In this document: in pieces, positions 57,601-63,485 of the stretch
How the letters are laid out: each line of letters begins with the position of its first letter
Position numbering within the stretch: the first letter of the stretch is position 1
Assembly (NCBI GenBank): GCA_965263285.1
Contig: CBDHHD010000016.1
Coordinates: 2,005,859-2,069,858 of the forward strand
Reading direction: 5' to 3'
DNA from: Chitinophagaceae bacterium
Lineage (GTDB): Bacteria > Bacteroidota > Bacteroidia > Chitinophagales > Chitinophagaceae
Length of the DNA stretch: 64,000 nt
Translations under genes and position numbers: made by a program
Notes under the pieces: model-generated
What the model saw: the letters and a program-made list of their open reading frames with translations, nothing else
Told to the model about the DNA's origin: nothing
Database searches by the model: none

Positions 57601-60600
57601 TAGATAAGAAGATAACATTAGATTATCGATTTAGAGATATTCAGCATAAGAGAAATAAAGAAAAAGCGATAGAGACTATTAGAATAGAAGATAGGAAAGA
57701 GGACTATGATTTAGCAAAGGGTAATTTATTAAGGGTTTATTTGATAAAAGTAGATAAAGAAGAGTTTGTAGTTTTATATAGTAATCATCATGTAATCAGT
57801 GATGGATGGAGTAATCCTAATTTATTAAATTATATTCATGAAGTTTATAACAGTTTAATAAACCAAAATACACCAGTTGAACTATTAGAGGATCAAGCCT
57901 ATTTGAGGGCACAAGAATATTTGCAAGTAAAAAGTAAAAAGGATACACATGATAGATGGTGGGTAGATTATCTATCCGGTGTAGAAAGAACGATAGAAGT
58001 AAGGGGATTGAGAAAGCAAGAGGCGAACGGTATTAATCTGTTAGACTACAAATTTATTCAAGAACCCATCTCAAAAGGGGTTAAGATAAGAGATAAGGAA
58101 TACAGAGCTTTGTCAAGTTTTATTAAACAAGAAGGACTTACCTGGAGTAATTTAATCATGTGGTGTTGGAGCAAGGCATTAAGTGTATATGACAATAGGA
58201 ATGAGAACATTATTGGTATAACACTTTCAGGCAGAAGCTTGCCAATTAATGATATAGAGCAATCGGTAGGCTTGTATATCAACACACTACCCTTGGTAGT
58301 GCGACATGATTCTAATGAGAGCATATTAAATATATTAAAGAATATTCAGAAAGATACGGAGCAATTGAATCAGCTAACGCATACTCATTTAAGTGGTTTA
58401 CATAGCAATGCTTCAGATCGTTTATTTGTAACAATGGTAGTGTATGAGAATTATCCAAGACCTACAAACAAAGATAATCAAGATGCACATGCATTATTGC
58501 CTATATTTTTATCATCAGTAGAAAAGACAGATTATCCATTGACTGTATTGGCTTATGAGAAAGATAGTGTGCTTAGTGTAGAAATCAAATATGCGGGCGA
58601 GTTGTTTGAGGAGAAGCAAATAGAAAGGCTATTAAAATTAATGTCTTTGCTATTGCAACAAATCCCTATTTGTTACAATAAATTAGAACAAGAACTTAGA
58701 TTAATAGATAATGAAGAATACAATTATCTTGTATACGATTATAATAAAACAGAAAAAGAATACCCCAAAGACAAAACCATACATCAGTTATTTGAGGAGC
58801 AAGTGGCACGAACGCCGAATAATATAGCCGTGGTATTTGAGGAGAAGCAATTAACCTATCAAGAGTTGAATGACAAAGCAAATCAGTTAGCAAATTATTT
58901 GCACAATAATTATCAAACTAAAGCAGACGATATTATTTGTTTATTATTGGAGCGCAGCGAATGGATGATTATTGCCATCTTAGGAGTGCTTAAGAGTGGA
59001 GCTGCTTATTGTCCTATCTCACCTGAGTATCCAGAAAAAAGAATTTTATTTGTTCTACAAGATACACAGCCTAAGTGTTTAATTACAAATTGCAGATTGA
59101 AAATTGAAAATGTTCAGTTGCCGATTGTTAATGTAATAGATGAACAATTTCTAAAAGAGTTATATTCATTTACCATTTACCATTTACCATTAATCATTAG
59201 TCCTCATGCTTTAGCATATATTATTTATACCTCTGGAATAACAGGAAGCCCTAAGGGGGTAATGATAGCACATGTAACTTTTTCTCATGCTATTCAAAAT
59301 TTAATTGCTCTTTTTTCAAAGAGTTTAACTTCTTTTAATACTTATAGTACTACAAATTATACTTTTGATATTTTTGGATTAGAATATACCCTTCCTTTAT
59401 TACATGGTAATGTGCTTACTCTGGGTAGTATGCATGAGAATTTGAATTTGAATTTATATGATTTTATTCAAATTACACCTACTGTCTTACAAAGTTATTT
59501 ATCTACTATTAATAAAATTAATCCTAATTTAATATGGTTAATAGGAGGAGAAAAAGTGCCTATGGCTTTATTAACAGACATATTAAAAAGAAGTGCTAAA
59601 AGAGAAGTAAATATTTATAATGTATATGGTCCTACCGAAACAACTATTTGGTCTGTAGTTTATTTCTATAATAGAAGAGCAGTTGAATTGGGTATAGAGT
59701 CTATTGGTAAGCCTATTGATAACACAGTTGTTTATATTTTAGATAGTGATAAGAGGTTGTTACCTATGGGTGCTATGGGAGAATTGTATATTGGAGGTGA
59801 TGGCGTAGCAAGAGGATATTTGAATAGACCTGAATTAACTGCGGAACGATTTATAAAAAATCCTTTTCAAACTGAAGAAGAGAAACAAAAAAATAGAAAT
59901 GGGCGACTATATAAAACAGGAGATGTAGTGCGAATGCTATCCGATGGTAATATTGAATATATAGGGAGGAATGATTTTCAAGTGAAGATAAGGGGCTACA
60001 GAATTGAATTGGGAGAGATAGAGAATAGGATTCAAGGATTTCAGACTAGGATTGAAGGATTAAAGGATGAACAATTTATTGAACAAGTCGTGGTATTGGT
60101 TAATGAGAAAGCGGATAATAAATATTTAGTGGGATATTTTGTGGCTAAAGAAAAAGTGGATGTAGAAGAATTAAGAAGTTATTTGTCTAAGCAATTGCCC
60201 GAATATATGGTACCTATAGTATTGTTACAAATAGAGCAGATGCCTTTAACGATAAATGGCAAGTTGGATAGAAAGATACTGTTAGATATGAACGCTAATT
60301 TTGTAGAAGATAATATGGAAGCTCCAGCTAATAAATTAGAATTAAGGATGTTACAGATTTTTGCTACGCTATTATCGCTTGAGTCTAATACCATAAGTGT
60401 AACTAATAGCTTTTTTAGACTTGGGGGGAATAGTATTTTGTCGATTAGGTTGGCGAGTCTTTTAAATAGGGAATTTGGTACATTCTTAAGTGTAGTAGAT
60501 ATTTTCAAATACCCTACTATTAGAGAATTGGCAGTTCAAGTAAATTATAAAAAAACTTCATTTGACTTAATTTTAATGCTAAACAATAGTGTTGCTAAAC

Positions 60601-61307
60601 AAATAATTTATATGGTACATCCTGGAGGAGGAGGTGCAGAGGTGTATTATAATATGGCGTATAGATTACAAGAATCTTATAGATGTTATGGCATTGGTAA
60701 TTATAATTTATTTTCAGATAATAAGATGAGTGAGATAAGTCTATTAGCAAAGTATTATCTACATGAAATTAAAAATAACACAACAATAGAGCCTTGTATT
60801 TTATTAGGCTGGTCGTTAGGAGGAAAGATAGCATTAGAAATGGCTTGTCATTTAGAACAACAAGGTATTAAAGATATTGTTGTTTATCTATTAGACACTA
60901 CTATAATGGATGAAACGCTAACAAATATCTTAAACAAAAAAGATATGAGTTTTAGAAAACAAGCATTAAATGAATTACTAGATAATTTGAATGTAGGTGA
61001 AGATTATAAGCAAAGAATATTAGCTAATAGATCTATTGAAGAAAAACTTAATAATGGTGTATTAACTGGCAAGCTAATATATAGTCGTTGTGTTTTATTT
61101 AAAGCGATGCTATCTGATAAAGATGAAATTGCCGATTTTTTTCAATACAAATTATCATTGCCTTATAATAATGTAGATAAATTTGTTTCTATAGAAAATA
61201 TTAAACTAATAGAAATGCAAGTTAGTCATCAAGATATTATTAAAAAAGAAGATGAAATAGTAGATGTTATTAAGCAAAGAACATTGTTAAAACGGATCTT
61301 CCTATGA
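45438..61307 (+). CDS. Four-module non-ribosomal peptide synthetase (gene 2): C-A-T / Cy-A(Ox)-T / C-A-T-E / C-A-T-TE
   Basis: ATG 45438 to TGA 61305-61307, 5,289 codons, 75 nt downstream of the gene 1 stop. The first residues (LSPYQELFFYEW) resemble a C-domain C1 motif, so this ATG is a plausible true start. Same motif set as gene 1; ends in a GWSLGG thioesterase. Confidence 0.96.
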   Translation: MHLDLDNSLLLSPYQELFFYEWELDPLGYNVFFLQEIHGFLDIERLSLAWKRIVRDFLYYHLYVSKEQGKILLASFDNRSSSIEYIDQALSFDEIKSLIRKPFDLTNKSSLTRLCVIKKGIDKYCILFVCHHLISGGMIIYEFVRLLSNYYNDIHFRYSISIKTQQQENLLFVRKVKGMLETHREILMNFWREKLEGGESISLDFLKLPQGAYKYNKENKIFRYYSVPLEYVMGVARLAKQRVVTDYIIYITTLSVLFYKHLYEAPSKLLFSLPYLLNSKAYIQGVNNIFIPFCITRTKSFLCLLEDTKGFFKEIKKTLVIGEEVIPAYTPTYWMIDAGDIHRLDRPVALVQQDNVSKLLFSFDGTSKGEWQYDTFESTMFSDRLTINMQRVGEQGIRFFVECKETGINEQLMDVFFERYFKLLGDVLLDATKTIGEYNILTDKEYQYLLYDYNKTERDYPKDKTIHQLFEEQVTRTPNNIAVVFEEKELTYQELNNKANQLAYYLYNNYQTKADDIICLLLERSEWMIIAILGVLKSGATYCPISPEYPEERVLFVLQDTQPKCLITNCKLKIENVQFPIVNVTDEQFLKELYSFTINHLPLTISSRSLAYIIYTSGTTGNPKGVMIEHGGVINLIYALDKSHFWQDEERMLNFFSYIFDPSVEQFFIPLLKGFTLFMISEELIQDVNGLINFINKNKITHFDTTPSYFDSLPIVTLATLNRLILGGERLTKETRNKAYKTVLDNTLFFNEYGPTETTITSLVSSLNNTIDLNIGSPISNTCIYILNKEGLLLPQGSVGELYIGGDGVARGYLNRPELTVERFIKNPFQTEEEKQKNRNGRLYKTGDIVRMLPDGNIEYIGRNDFQVKIRGYRIELGEIENRIQGFQTRIEGLKDEQVIEQAVVLVNEKADNKYLVGYFVAKEQVDVEELRSYLSKQLPEYMVPTGLVQIEQMPLTVNGKLDRKALLNIEYKIIDESIELPKNNTEELLLKIWSNLLKISESEISVTQSFFRLGGNSLLSIRLVGQLNRELLVQLSVKDIFAYPTIREISHIIEQKDTGFVYQDYMLTDIKKEDYSLFPLNNVQQAYYMGRIDLFEIGNISTGGYSEFVVDDLSVENLEKALNRLVLRHAGLRTVFTDQGQQILPADNCHYSIPVNKITTEEALLDIRNRLLNMKVDVARFPIIVIEVSEYKGSYVIHFMSDAIIMDDNSMRIFFTELVKIYNNLDIVLPTLHITYHEYILALQRIRDSKLFDKAKTYWETKLEDYDFSCNLPIVIEPSMVKQSTTKRGLRIIEKETYDILQEKLAKIQLSPTSLLLSLYGKVLCRWSGQDKFSINLTLFNRLPLHKEVNDILGDFTNLELYNYDDVKSRDIVEHYLKGVQNVLWDDIENNLFDGIDFQRLIRERKQWSISKAIAPIVLTSVLGFKEKKEEGDVVNLFGRQHYSISRTSQVWIDNAVYEDYNGNLILRWDFVEQLFLPEVIEGMLDEYAYLIRKIAAMDIQRDRLEFYRLPATYQHIIEKYNATAEEYDVKTIIDFYDNCVIQDACKCNAIAVVEGGNNKQAYKHREVAIGFKNIATHLYKYYKEEQTVAILSEKGYNQVVSSLGIMQSGQAYIPLNIHWSASRILEIMEESGTKVLLISKKEYEHKRQLQVSNIRLLIIEELLTKEREKNIHLPIVLLSDIAYIIYTSGSTGKPKGVAISHENMMNTIIAVNNRYKVTEKDSVLALSELSFDLSVYDIFGLLLVGGGIVFVNDEERQDPHHWLSLIEKHKITLWNTVPQLADLLVDEARTREMRLDSIRLYLLSGDWLPLQLPDKIKRQSKDTQVISLGGATEGSIWSIWYEIKNINPDWKSIPYGYPMPNQQIYILNHELIHSPVGVEGDIYIGGKGVAQGYWNNEEQTDKQFKEHPELGRIYKTGDRGILHAEGWVEFRGRKDFQVKIRGYRVELEEIENKLNKLEGVKQSAVQLFKKNNSEVLVGFVVREQLITKGVDENFDKEVFKLEQRGIRKDLTDTITFNDNGIDEELYRLTKSYRNFGDRFVDASLIDTIIREAKHIKVKTKNVGDSLLTKDKIARVLTRLQGKSLSDKILPKYLYPSGGSAYPIECYVRVSALGIKGIEGGVYYYHPLNNALQRVEDHSNNNQDSIELIVNWSAIKPLYGDFADKLVWIELGHILELLSTELNRLGIAFDIQIKQENRDESKMVLAEIVLGVDGNQIEQLTSELTAYYVSKRGNIYEGLIDLDKYSVFDRAIEQAKILENGKGMIVVECDSRIDKACIVSQWIGSGIMIERVKQQLLQYDIGGCPLGSEFGENELYSMVIGYIANEEKTKGESKVAVDKLSKVINDNLGLPDYMSLQEIVFLDSMPLTANGKLDKSRLSDPEIEWQSYIAPVTKEEQEMVEIWSEILNIDKGKISIEGSFFNLGGHSITAIRLISKINSRFNFGLSFKDLFEYPTIRGLIKNSITLKQREQEGDYMPYQLIDSGVVISKEDYEDCYPAGMLQLGMFFEQEKLGHGTYLAFQIQYFSGKCNREKIESCLQTIINRHDILRTVYRMLEDGNIYALVQKRVEVKSKLFFVTDSIEEVRKKEIALAFNREIAGLYRFYIIEQAEGFVLFFSFHHAILDGYSLNLFIRELVDLYQHDNDKLYEEEQSKLLYGEFIRNELSALKNEDTRLFWREYLAESILLTPQWNFSKSNGISVVAERQQIEGLRLRQIEDIASKYSCTVEELLLLSYMTVLSLFFNERDITIGLEKHNRIEKEGGDRQLGLFVTMLPFRYELRDKEALGTALSRLRDSVRKIVNHKQYPYNEIKQQLGGRDLFDIAYSYNDFSHFVGNEKRTHINEFLNEELSNITSILFICKVYKYSGGYGFVFSGHSNNIDQAYLSYFVRYYNSVLDQLYKEERVVFKLMDEDYQYLVYDYNKTEKEYPKDKTIHQLFEEQVARTPNNIAVIFEDKKLTYQELNNKANQLAHYLHNNYNTKADDIICLLLERSEWMIISILGVLKSGAAYCPISPEYPEERILFILQDTQPKCLITNCTLEIENVQFPIVNVTDEQFLKELYSFTIHHLPLIISSHALAYLIYTSGTMGNPKGVMVEHGSVINLQMAQSRIWLVPIKENKIFRLLLYANYSFDAFVSELFVSICNGHTSYLISSDIQQDFYLLANYIQINNIEIATLPPAILQKDVFLSLDKMILAGESPNIDIIKRYYEQEIEVFNAYGPTEITVCATMHHYSMGDNNNNIGKPIDNKSIYVLNNNLQLLPIGSIGELYIGGDGLARGYLNRPELTAERFIKNPFQTEEDKKKDRNSKLYKTGDLVRMLPDGNIEYIGRNDFQVKIRGYRIELGEIENRIQRFQTRIQGFQDFRMIEQAVVLVNDKGDNKYLVGYFVAKEQVDVEELRSHLSKQLPDYMVPTGLVQIERMPLTVNGKLDRKALLAIEYNLTDSKEYKAPKNELEQQLLSIWEKLLGNNNIGVQDDFFRVGGDSIKSIQLSSRVRSELGKELSVKDVFEHRTIERMVAHVLSNHQIKVYLSEQGKLSGELSLLPIQQYFFELKLTNEHHYNQSFLIETPELEIEKLKIAIEKVVEHHDAFRLTYRKDAEGNIIQYYDSKKEAILLDVLDISEWNVQEGTVVFEEKLKKQYTSWQDSFNIYERKTYQIAYIHGYKNKTARIFIAAHHLIIDAVSWRILLEDIETVYAGKKLLAKRTSYRQWVNLGKDYVAHYPNELSYWEGVEKKVQENIAKLSSKITIQEESYFTIITIDRDITNYLLLSSNQVFHTEINDLLLTALARALGKLFDEQEVSILLEGHGRESLQDDIDISKTMGWFTSIIPIHLPIYDNVQESIIEVKEELRRIPNKGIGYGFIRGYKHLPKISFNYLGVFKKEEQQDWFLTNESSGISVSNKNKSNLWLDINGGVGVNGVLVFSIRGRLTKEYIDNLSIYFKQEMIVITNYIQSVNRSYLTTSDTNYIVSKDLLNRLQQENEIQAIYVANSLQAGFIYHYLSKSEGDDAYKVQLLWKYKSQVNEDYFIQSWQQALDRYPGLRVRFNWEEEIVQIIDKKITLDYRFRDIQHKRNKEKAIETIRIEDRKEDYDLAKGNLLRVYLIKVDKEEFVVLYSNHHVISDGWSNPNLLNYIHEVYNSLINQNTPVELLEDQAYLRAQEYLQVKSKKDTHDRWWVDYLSGVERTIEVRGLRKQEANGINLLDYKFIQEPISKGVKIRDKEYRALSSFIKQEGLTWSNLIMWCWSKALSVYDNRNENIIGITLSGRSLPINDIEQSVGLYINTLPLVVRHDSNESILNILKNIQKDTEQLNQLTHTHLSGLHSNASDRLFVTMVVYENYPRPTNKDNQDAHALLPIFLSSVEKTDYPLTVLAYEKDSVLSVEIKYAGELFEEKQIERLLKLMSLLLQQIPICYNKLEQELRLIDNEEYNYLVYDYNKTEKEYPKDKTIHQLFEEQVARTPNNIAVVFEEKQLTYQELNDKANQLANYLHNNYQTKADDIICLLLERSEWMIIAILGVLKSGAAYCPISPEYPEKRILFVLQDTQPKCLITNCRLKIENVQLPIVNVIDEQFLKELYSFTIYHLPLIISPHALAYIIYTSGITGSPKGVMIAHVTFSHAIQNLIALFSKSLTSFNTYSTTNYTFDIFGLEYTLPLLHGNVLTLGSMHENLNLNLYDFIQITPTVLQSYLSTINKINPNLIWLIGGEKVPMALLTDILKRSAKREVNIYNVYGPTETTIWSVVYFYNRRAVELGIESIGKPIDNTVVYILDSDKRLLPMGAMGELYIGGDGVARGYLNRPELTAERFIKNPFQTEEEKQKNRNGRLYKTGDVVRMLSDGNIEYIGRNDFQVKIRGYRIELGEIENRIQGFQTRIEGLKDEQFIEQVVVLVNEKADNKYLVGYFVAKEKVDVEELRSYLSKQLPEYMVPIVLLQIEQMPLTINGKLDRKILLDMNANFVEDNMEAPANKLELRMLQIFATLLSLESNTISVTNSFFRLGGNSILSIRLASLLNREFGTFLSVVDIFKYPTIRELAVQVNYKKTSFDLILMLNNSVAKQIIYMVHPGGGGAEVYYNMAYRLQESYRCYGIGNYNLFSDNKMSEISLLAKYYLHEIKNNTTIEPCILLGWSLGGKIALEMACHLEQQGIKDIVVYLLDTTIMDETLTNILNKKDMSFRKQALNELLDNLNVGEDYKQRILANRSIEEKLNNGVLTGKLIYSRCVLFKAMLSDKDEIADFFQYKLSLPYNNVDKFVSIENIKLIEMQVSHQDIIKKEDEIVDVIKQRTLLKRIFL
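48629..52846 (+). other. Gene 2 module 2: Cy-A(Cys)-Ox(embedded)-T, thiazole-forming
   Basis: Cy DAIIMDDNS (49044-49061). Pocket code DLYNLSLIWK. YPSGGSAYP at 51723. T Ser 52719-52721. All landmarks lie 15,948 nt after those of gene 1 module 9. Confidence 0.85.
51395..52445 (+). other. Embedded Ox domain, copy 4 (gene 2)
   Basis: Same motifs (YPS at 51723). Confidence 0.75.
52847..57323 (+). other. Gene 2 module 3: C-A-T-E (Tyr/Phe-like, D-configured)
   Basis: C His 53295-53300. Pocket code DASTIAAVCK (9/10 to a Tyr code DASTVAAVCK as I recall it; TCT 54846-54848 versus TTT in gene 1 module 8). T Ser 55887-55889. E His 56460-56465. Confidence 0.8.
57324..61304 (+). other. Gene 2 module 4: C-A-T-TE (Gly-like, terminating)
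   Basis: C His 57786-57791. Pocket code DILQLGVIWK. T Ser 60432-60434. TE GWSLGG with Ser 60813-60815. Confidence 0.85.
60556..61304 (+). other. Thioesterase domain of gene 2
   Basis: YMVHPGGGGAE, GWSLGG (Ser 60813-60815), YLLDT, QVSHQD. The last four residues (RIFL) differ from the gene 1 tail (DANKEL). Confidence 0.85.
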
Positions 61308-61381
61308 AATTTAACGATAAAATCTGTGGAATGCCTTTGTAGCATTGACTTTACAGAAAAAAAGCATTAATTTTTTAATAT

Positions 61382-61455
61382 CTACAAAACCATGGTATGT
61401 AATTTTATTTTTAACTTATGTAAAATATTGGTCTGATCTTCATTGAAAACATTAG
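61382..61455 (-). pseudogene. IS-B transposase gene, displaced 3' end
   Basis: Conceptually removing IS-A plus one TTAG copy joins ...IQIKKVP to NVFNEDQTNILHKLKIKLHTMVL-stop (TAG at 61384-61382) in the same frame. Confidence 0.65.
61452..61455. repeat. Target-site duplication TTAG (left)
   Basis: TTAG lies immediately outside the left IR and is repeated at 63689-63692, immediately outside the right IR. Confidence 0.7.
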
Positions 61456-61469
61456 CCCAACTTGGTAAA
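61456..61469. repeat. IS-A terminal inverted repeat (left)
   Basis: CCCAACTTGGTAAA, the exact reverse complement of 63675-63688. Confidence 0.85.
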
Positions 61470-61523
61470 CGACATTACGCAAATGATTGACAGTAAAGCG
61501 TTTGCGTGATTACAACTCGTTTT

Positions 61524-63485
61524 TTAGGGACTACATCTTCGTCTTGTGTAATAGGGGGCAGGTTTGTATTTGGTGGCGGAATAGATGGCTTGTGCCTCTG
61601 CTATTGGTCTTGTACATTGCCGAATAATGACTGTTTTTTTATTTGCATTTTGTGCGACAGAAGTGATGATTTTTTGTGTATTCATTATTCTGACAATGTT
61701 TTTCCAATCGTGTTGGATACCATGCTGTTTAAGTTTATATCTAATAGTAGATACAATGGTGTACGCCAATACACCTAAAAATAAATGAGCTTTGCAACTG
61801 TTATCGTGAATATGGTAAACAGGTCGTAAAGACAAATCTGTTTTAAGAATGCGAAAGGAAGACTCAACCTCTCTAATCGTATTATAAATATCCCACATCC
61901 CTTCTTCTTTAATTAATTCAACGGGAGGAATAGATGTTCTTAAAAAATAAATACCCTCTGTTTTTGTATGCTCTTTTCTTTTCCAGGTTATTCTTTTTAC
62001 CGTGTCGCTTTTTCTTTTCTGTTTTTTTCTTTTCGTTGCTTTTTGTGCAGTATTACCTTCCTCTGTATTCTCATCCTCTTTATTACTTTCATTTTCTTTG
62101 TTTTCTTCTACTGAAACCTCGTATTCACTGTATACTTGTTTGTTCCTTTCCCGTATGCGTCCTAAACGAATCAAAATCTTTTTTATATCTTTGGTTGTCT
62201 TAGGTTTTTCCAATGAACTTACCAAAGCATTTAATTCTTTTTCTAATCGAGTACAATACTGTTTAAACATGGCATCTTCTTTCTTTTCTTTTTCCTCACT
62301 GTGTACTTTCAAATAAGCATCAGCATCATTATCAACATAAGCAAATGAAAGCTCTATTTTATTACCCCTGTTATCTGTTACCCATTTCTTTTCTTTATTA
62401 TTTGTCGTATAATTTTTTAACAAATAACGGTTTACACACAAATAATCATATCCTTTGTTTCTTACGAGTGTCAAATTTTCTTGTGTGGCAAATGCTGCGT
62501 CCATCACAACAATTGGCTTTTTAACTGCAGGTGCAATAAATGAAGACAAAGATTCTAAAGTGGCTTCTAATGTATTACACTCCGCAATATTGCCTTCATA
62601 AATTTGAGAGTACTTTAAAAAACCTTCCGCATTTACCACTAATGCTAAAGTAGCCAGTTTGCAATCTCTTCTTTTTTCTTTACTTCTCCCAAACTGTGCC
62701 AAGCTACTGCCTTCCTTTCTGCCCTCAAAATAGCTATTCGTCAAATCATATAAAATAATTTTGTCCTGTAAGCTAAACAAGTGGTTTGTTCTGAGGGATA
62801 AATGCTGCTCCAATTCAGATTTTATTTTGAATAATTTAAGGGCGTTATCATAAAGATGGTGACGGGTTATTTTATTAGGCAAGTGAGTAAACAATTCCTT
62901 TGCACCACTGTTGATTGACAGCCAGCTTTCCATTTTATGTTCAGAGCAGGGAAAAGCAGCCTTTGCAATAAGATGCAGCAAGGCTATATCAATCTGTTTG
63001 TCAGTCCATCCTAATTCAGTTAATTTTTTAGACACCTGAAGCTCATCTAAAGCTTGTCTGCAAAGCCATTCTATTCCTATCTCTTTGGCTTGCTCATGCT
63101 CTAATGAAGCGCTGTCTATTAAAGTATCAACACCCTCATTTATGTCTGCACTTGTATAGATATTTGTTTTGCTATCCCTCTCTTCCTCTCTTTTTTGCTT
63201 TTGTTTTAATTGATGTAATCTAACCTTCTCTGCCATATCAAAAGCCATCTTCTCAATAACCGGATCAATAAAGTCAGGAAATAATGTATCTTGTTGCTGT
63301 AATAGACTTTCAATACGTTTCACCAGTTGCTTTCTTGCCTGATTGGTTGTTAATTGCTCTAATTTACCTAGTGAACAAAGCGTCTCATGTTGAATCTTGT
63401 TCCCTGCTCGATAGCTACTTACTAATTTGTAGTAAATAACCGTATTGCCGAATTTATCCTTAATCTTTTGTTCTTTTAAATACAT
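61524..63485 (-). CDS. IS-A transposase (DDE, IS4/IS1634-like)
   Basis: 653 codons from ATG 63485-63483; the track start at 63506 is a TTG 7 codons upstream. The N-terminus MYLKEQKIKDKFGNTVIYYKLVSSYRAGNKIQHETLCSLGKL is typical of IS1634-type transposases. Also VVMDAAFAT and the C-terminal YNTIREVESSFRILKTDLSLRPVYH...KAHLFLGVLAY (an IS4-type Y-R-E-K region). Stop TAA at 61526-61524. Confidence 0.88.
   Translation of the reverse strand: MYLKEQKIKDKFGNTVIYYKLVSSYRAGNKIQHETLCSLGKLEQLTTNQARKQLVKRIESLLQQQDTLFPDFIDPVIEKMAFDMAEKVRLHQLKQKQKREEERDSKTNIYTSADINEGVDTLIDSASLEHEQAKEIGIEWLCRQALDELQVSKKLTELGWTDKQIDIALLHLIAKAAFPCSEHKMESWLSINSGAKELFTHLPNKITRHHLYDNALKLFKIKSELEQHLSLRTNHLFSLQDKIILYDLTNSYFEGRKEGSSLAQFGRSKEKRRDCKLATLALVVNAEGFLKYSQIYEGNIAECNTLEATLESLSSFIAPAVKKPIVVMDAAFATQENLTLVRNKGYDYLCVNRYLLKNYTTNNKEKKWVTDNRGNKIELSFAYVDNDADAYLKVHSEEKEKKEDAMFKQYCTRLEKELNALVSSLEKPKTTKDIKKILIRLGRIRERNKQVYSEYEVSVEENKENESNKEDENTEEGNTAQKATKRKKQKRKSDTVKRITWKRKEHTKTEGIYFLRTSIPPVELIKEEGMWDIYNTIREVESSFRILKTDLSLRPVYHIHDNSCKAHLFLGVLAYTIVSTIRYKLKQHGIQHDWKNIVRIMNTQKIITSVAQNANKKTVIIRQCTRPIAEAQAIYSATKYKPAPYYTRRRCSP

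Larger units (their letters stand above)
48330..61292 (+). repeat. ~13-kb segmental duplication, gene 2 copy
   Basis: See the gene 1 copy. Homology to the gene 1 3' end stops abruptly at 61293. Confidence 0.88.

Noticed and set aside
1060-61292. Regularly spaced repeats that might suggest a CRISPR array or satellite.
   Set aside because: The periods are 4,545 nt, 7,419 nt and about 15,948 nt and correspond exactly to in-frame protein modules. There is no short repeat/spacer architecture.
1-61307. An alternative genetic code (TGA read as Trp), considered because of the low G+C.
   Set aside because: Both giant ORFs are intact under the standard code, Trp is encoded by TGG throughout the conserved motifs (for example GWSLGG and DGWS), and gene 2 terminates at TGA.
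1-61307. A hybrid PKS-NRPS or additional tailoring domains (KS/AT/KR, MT, reductase).
   Set aside because: Reading through both proteins, I found only C, Cy, A, Ox, T, E and TE motif sets. No DTACSS (KS), GHSxG (AT) or Rossmann-type reductase motifs were seen.
61330-61346. A possible rho-independent terminator after gene 2 (AATGC-N7-GCATT). A 7-bp stem with a 17-nt loop was also noted at 61477-61507.
   Set aside because: The first stem is only 5 bp, A+T-rich, and lacks a proper U-tract. The second has an oversized loop and lies inside IS-A. Neither is convincing.
61506-62316. Four plus-strand ORFs of 67-104 aa inside IS-A.
   Set aside because: They are antisense to the 653-aa transposase and have Phe/Leu/Ser/Cys-rich low-complexity translations typical of the reverse strand of a Lys/Glu-rich gene.
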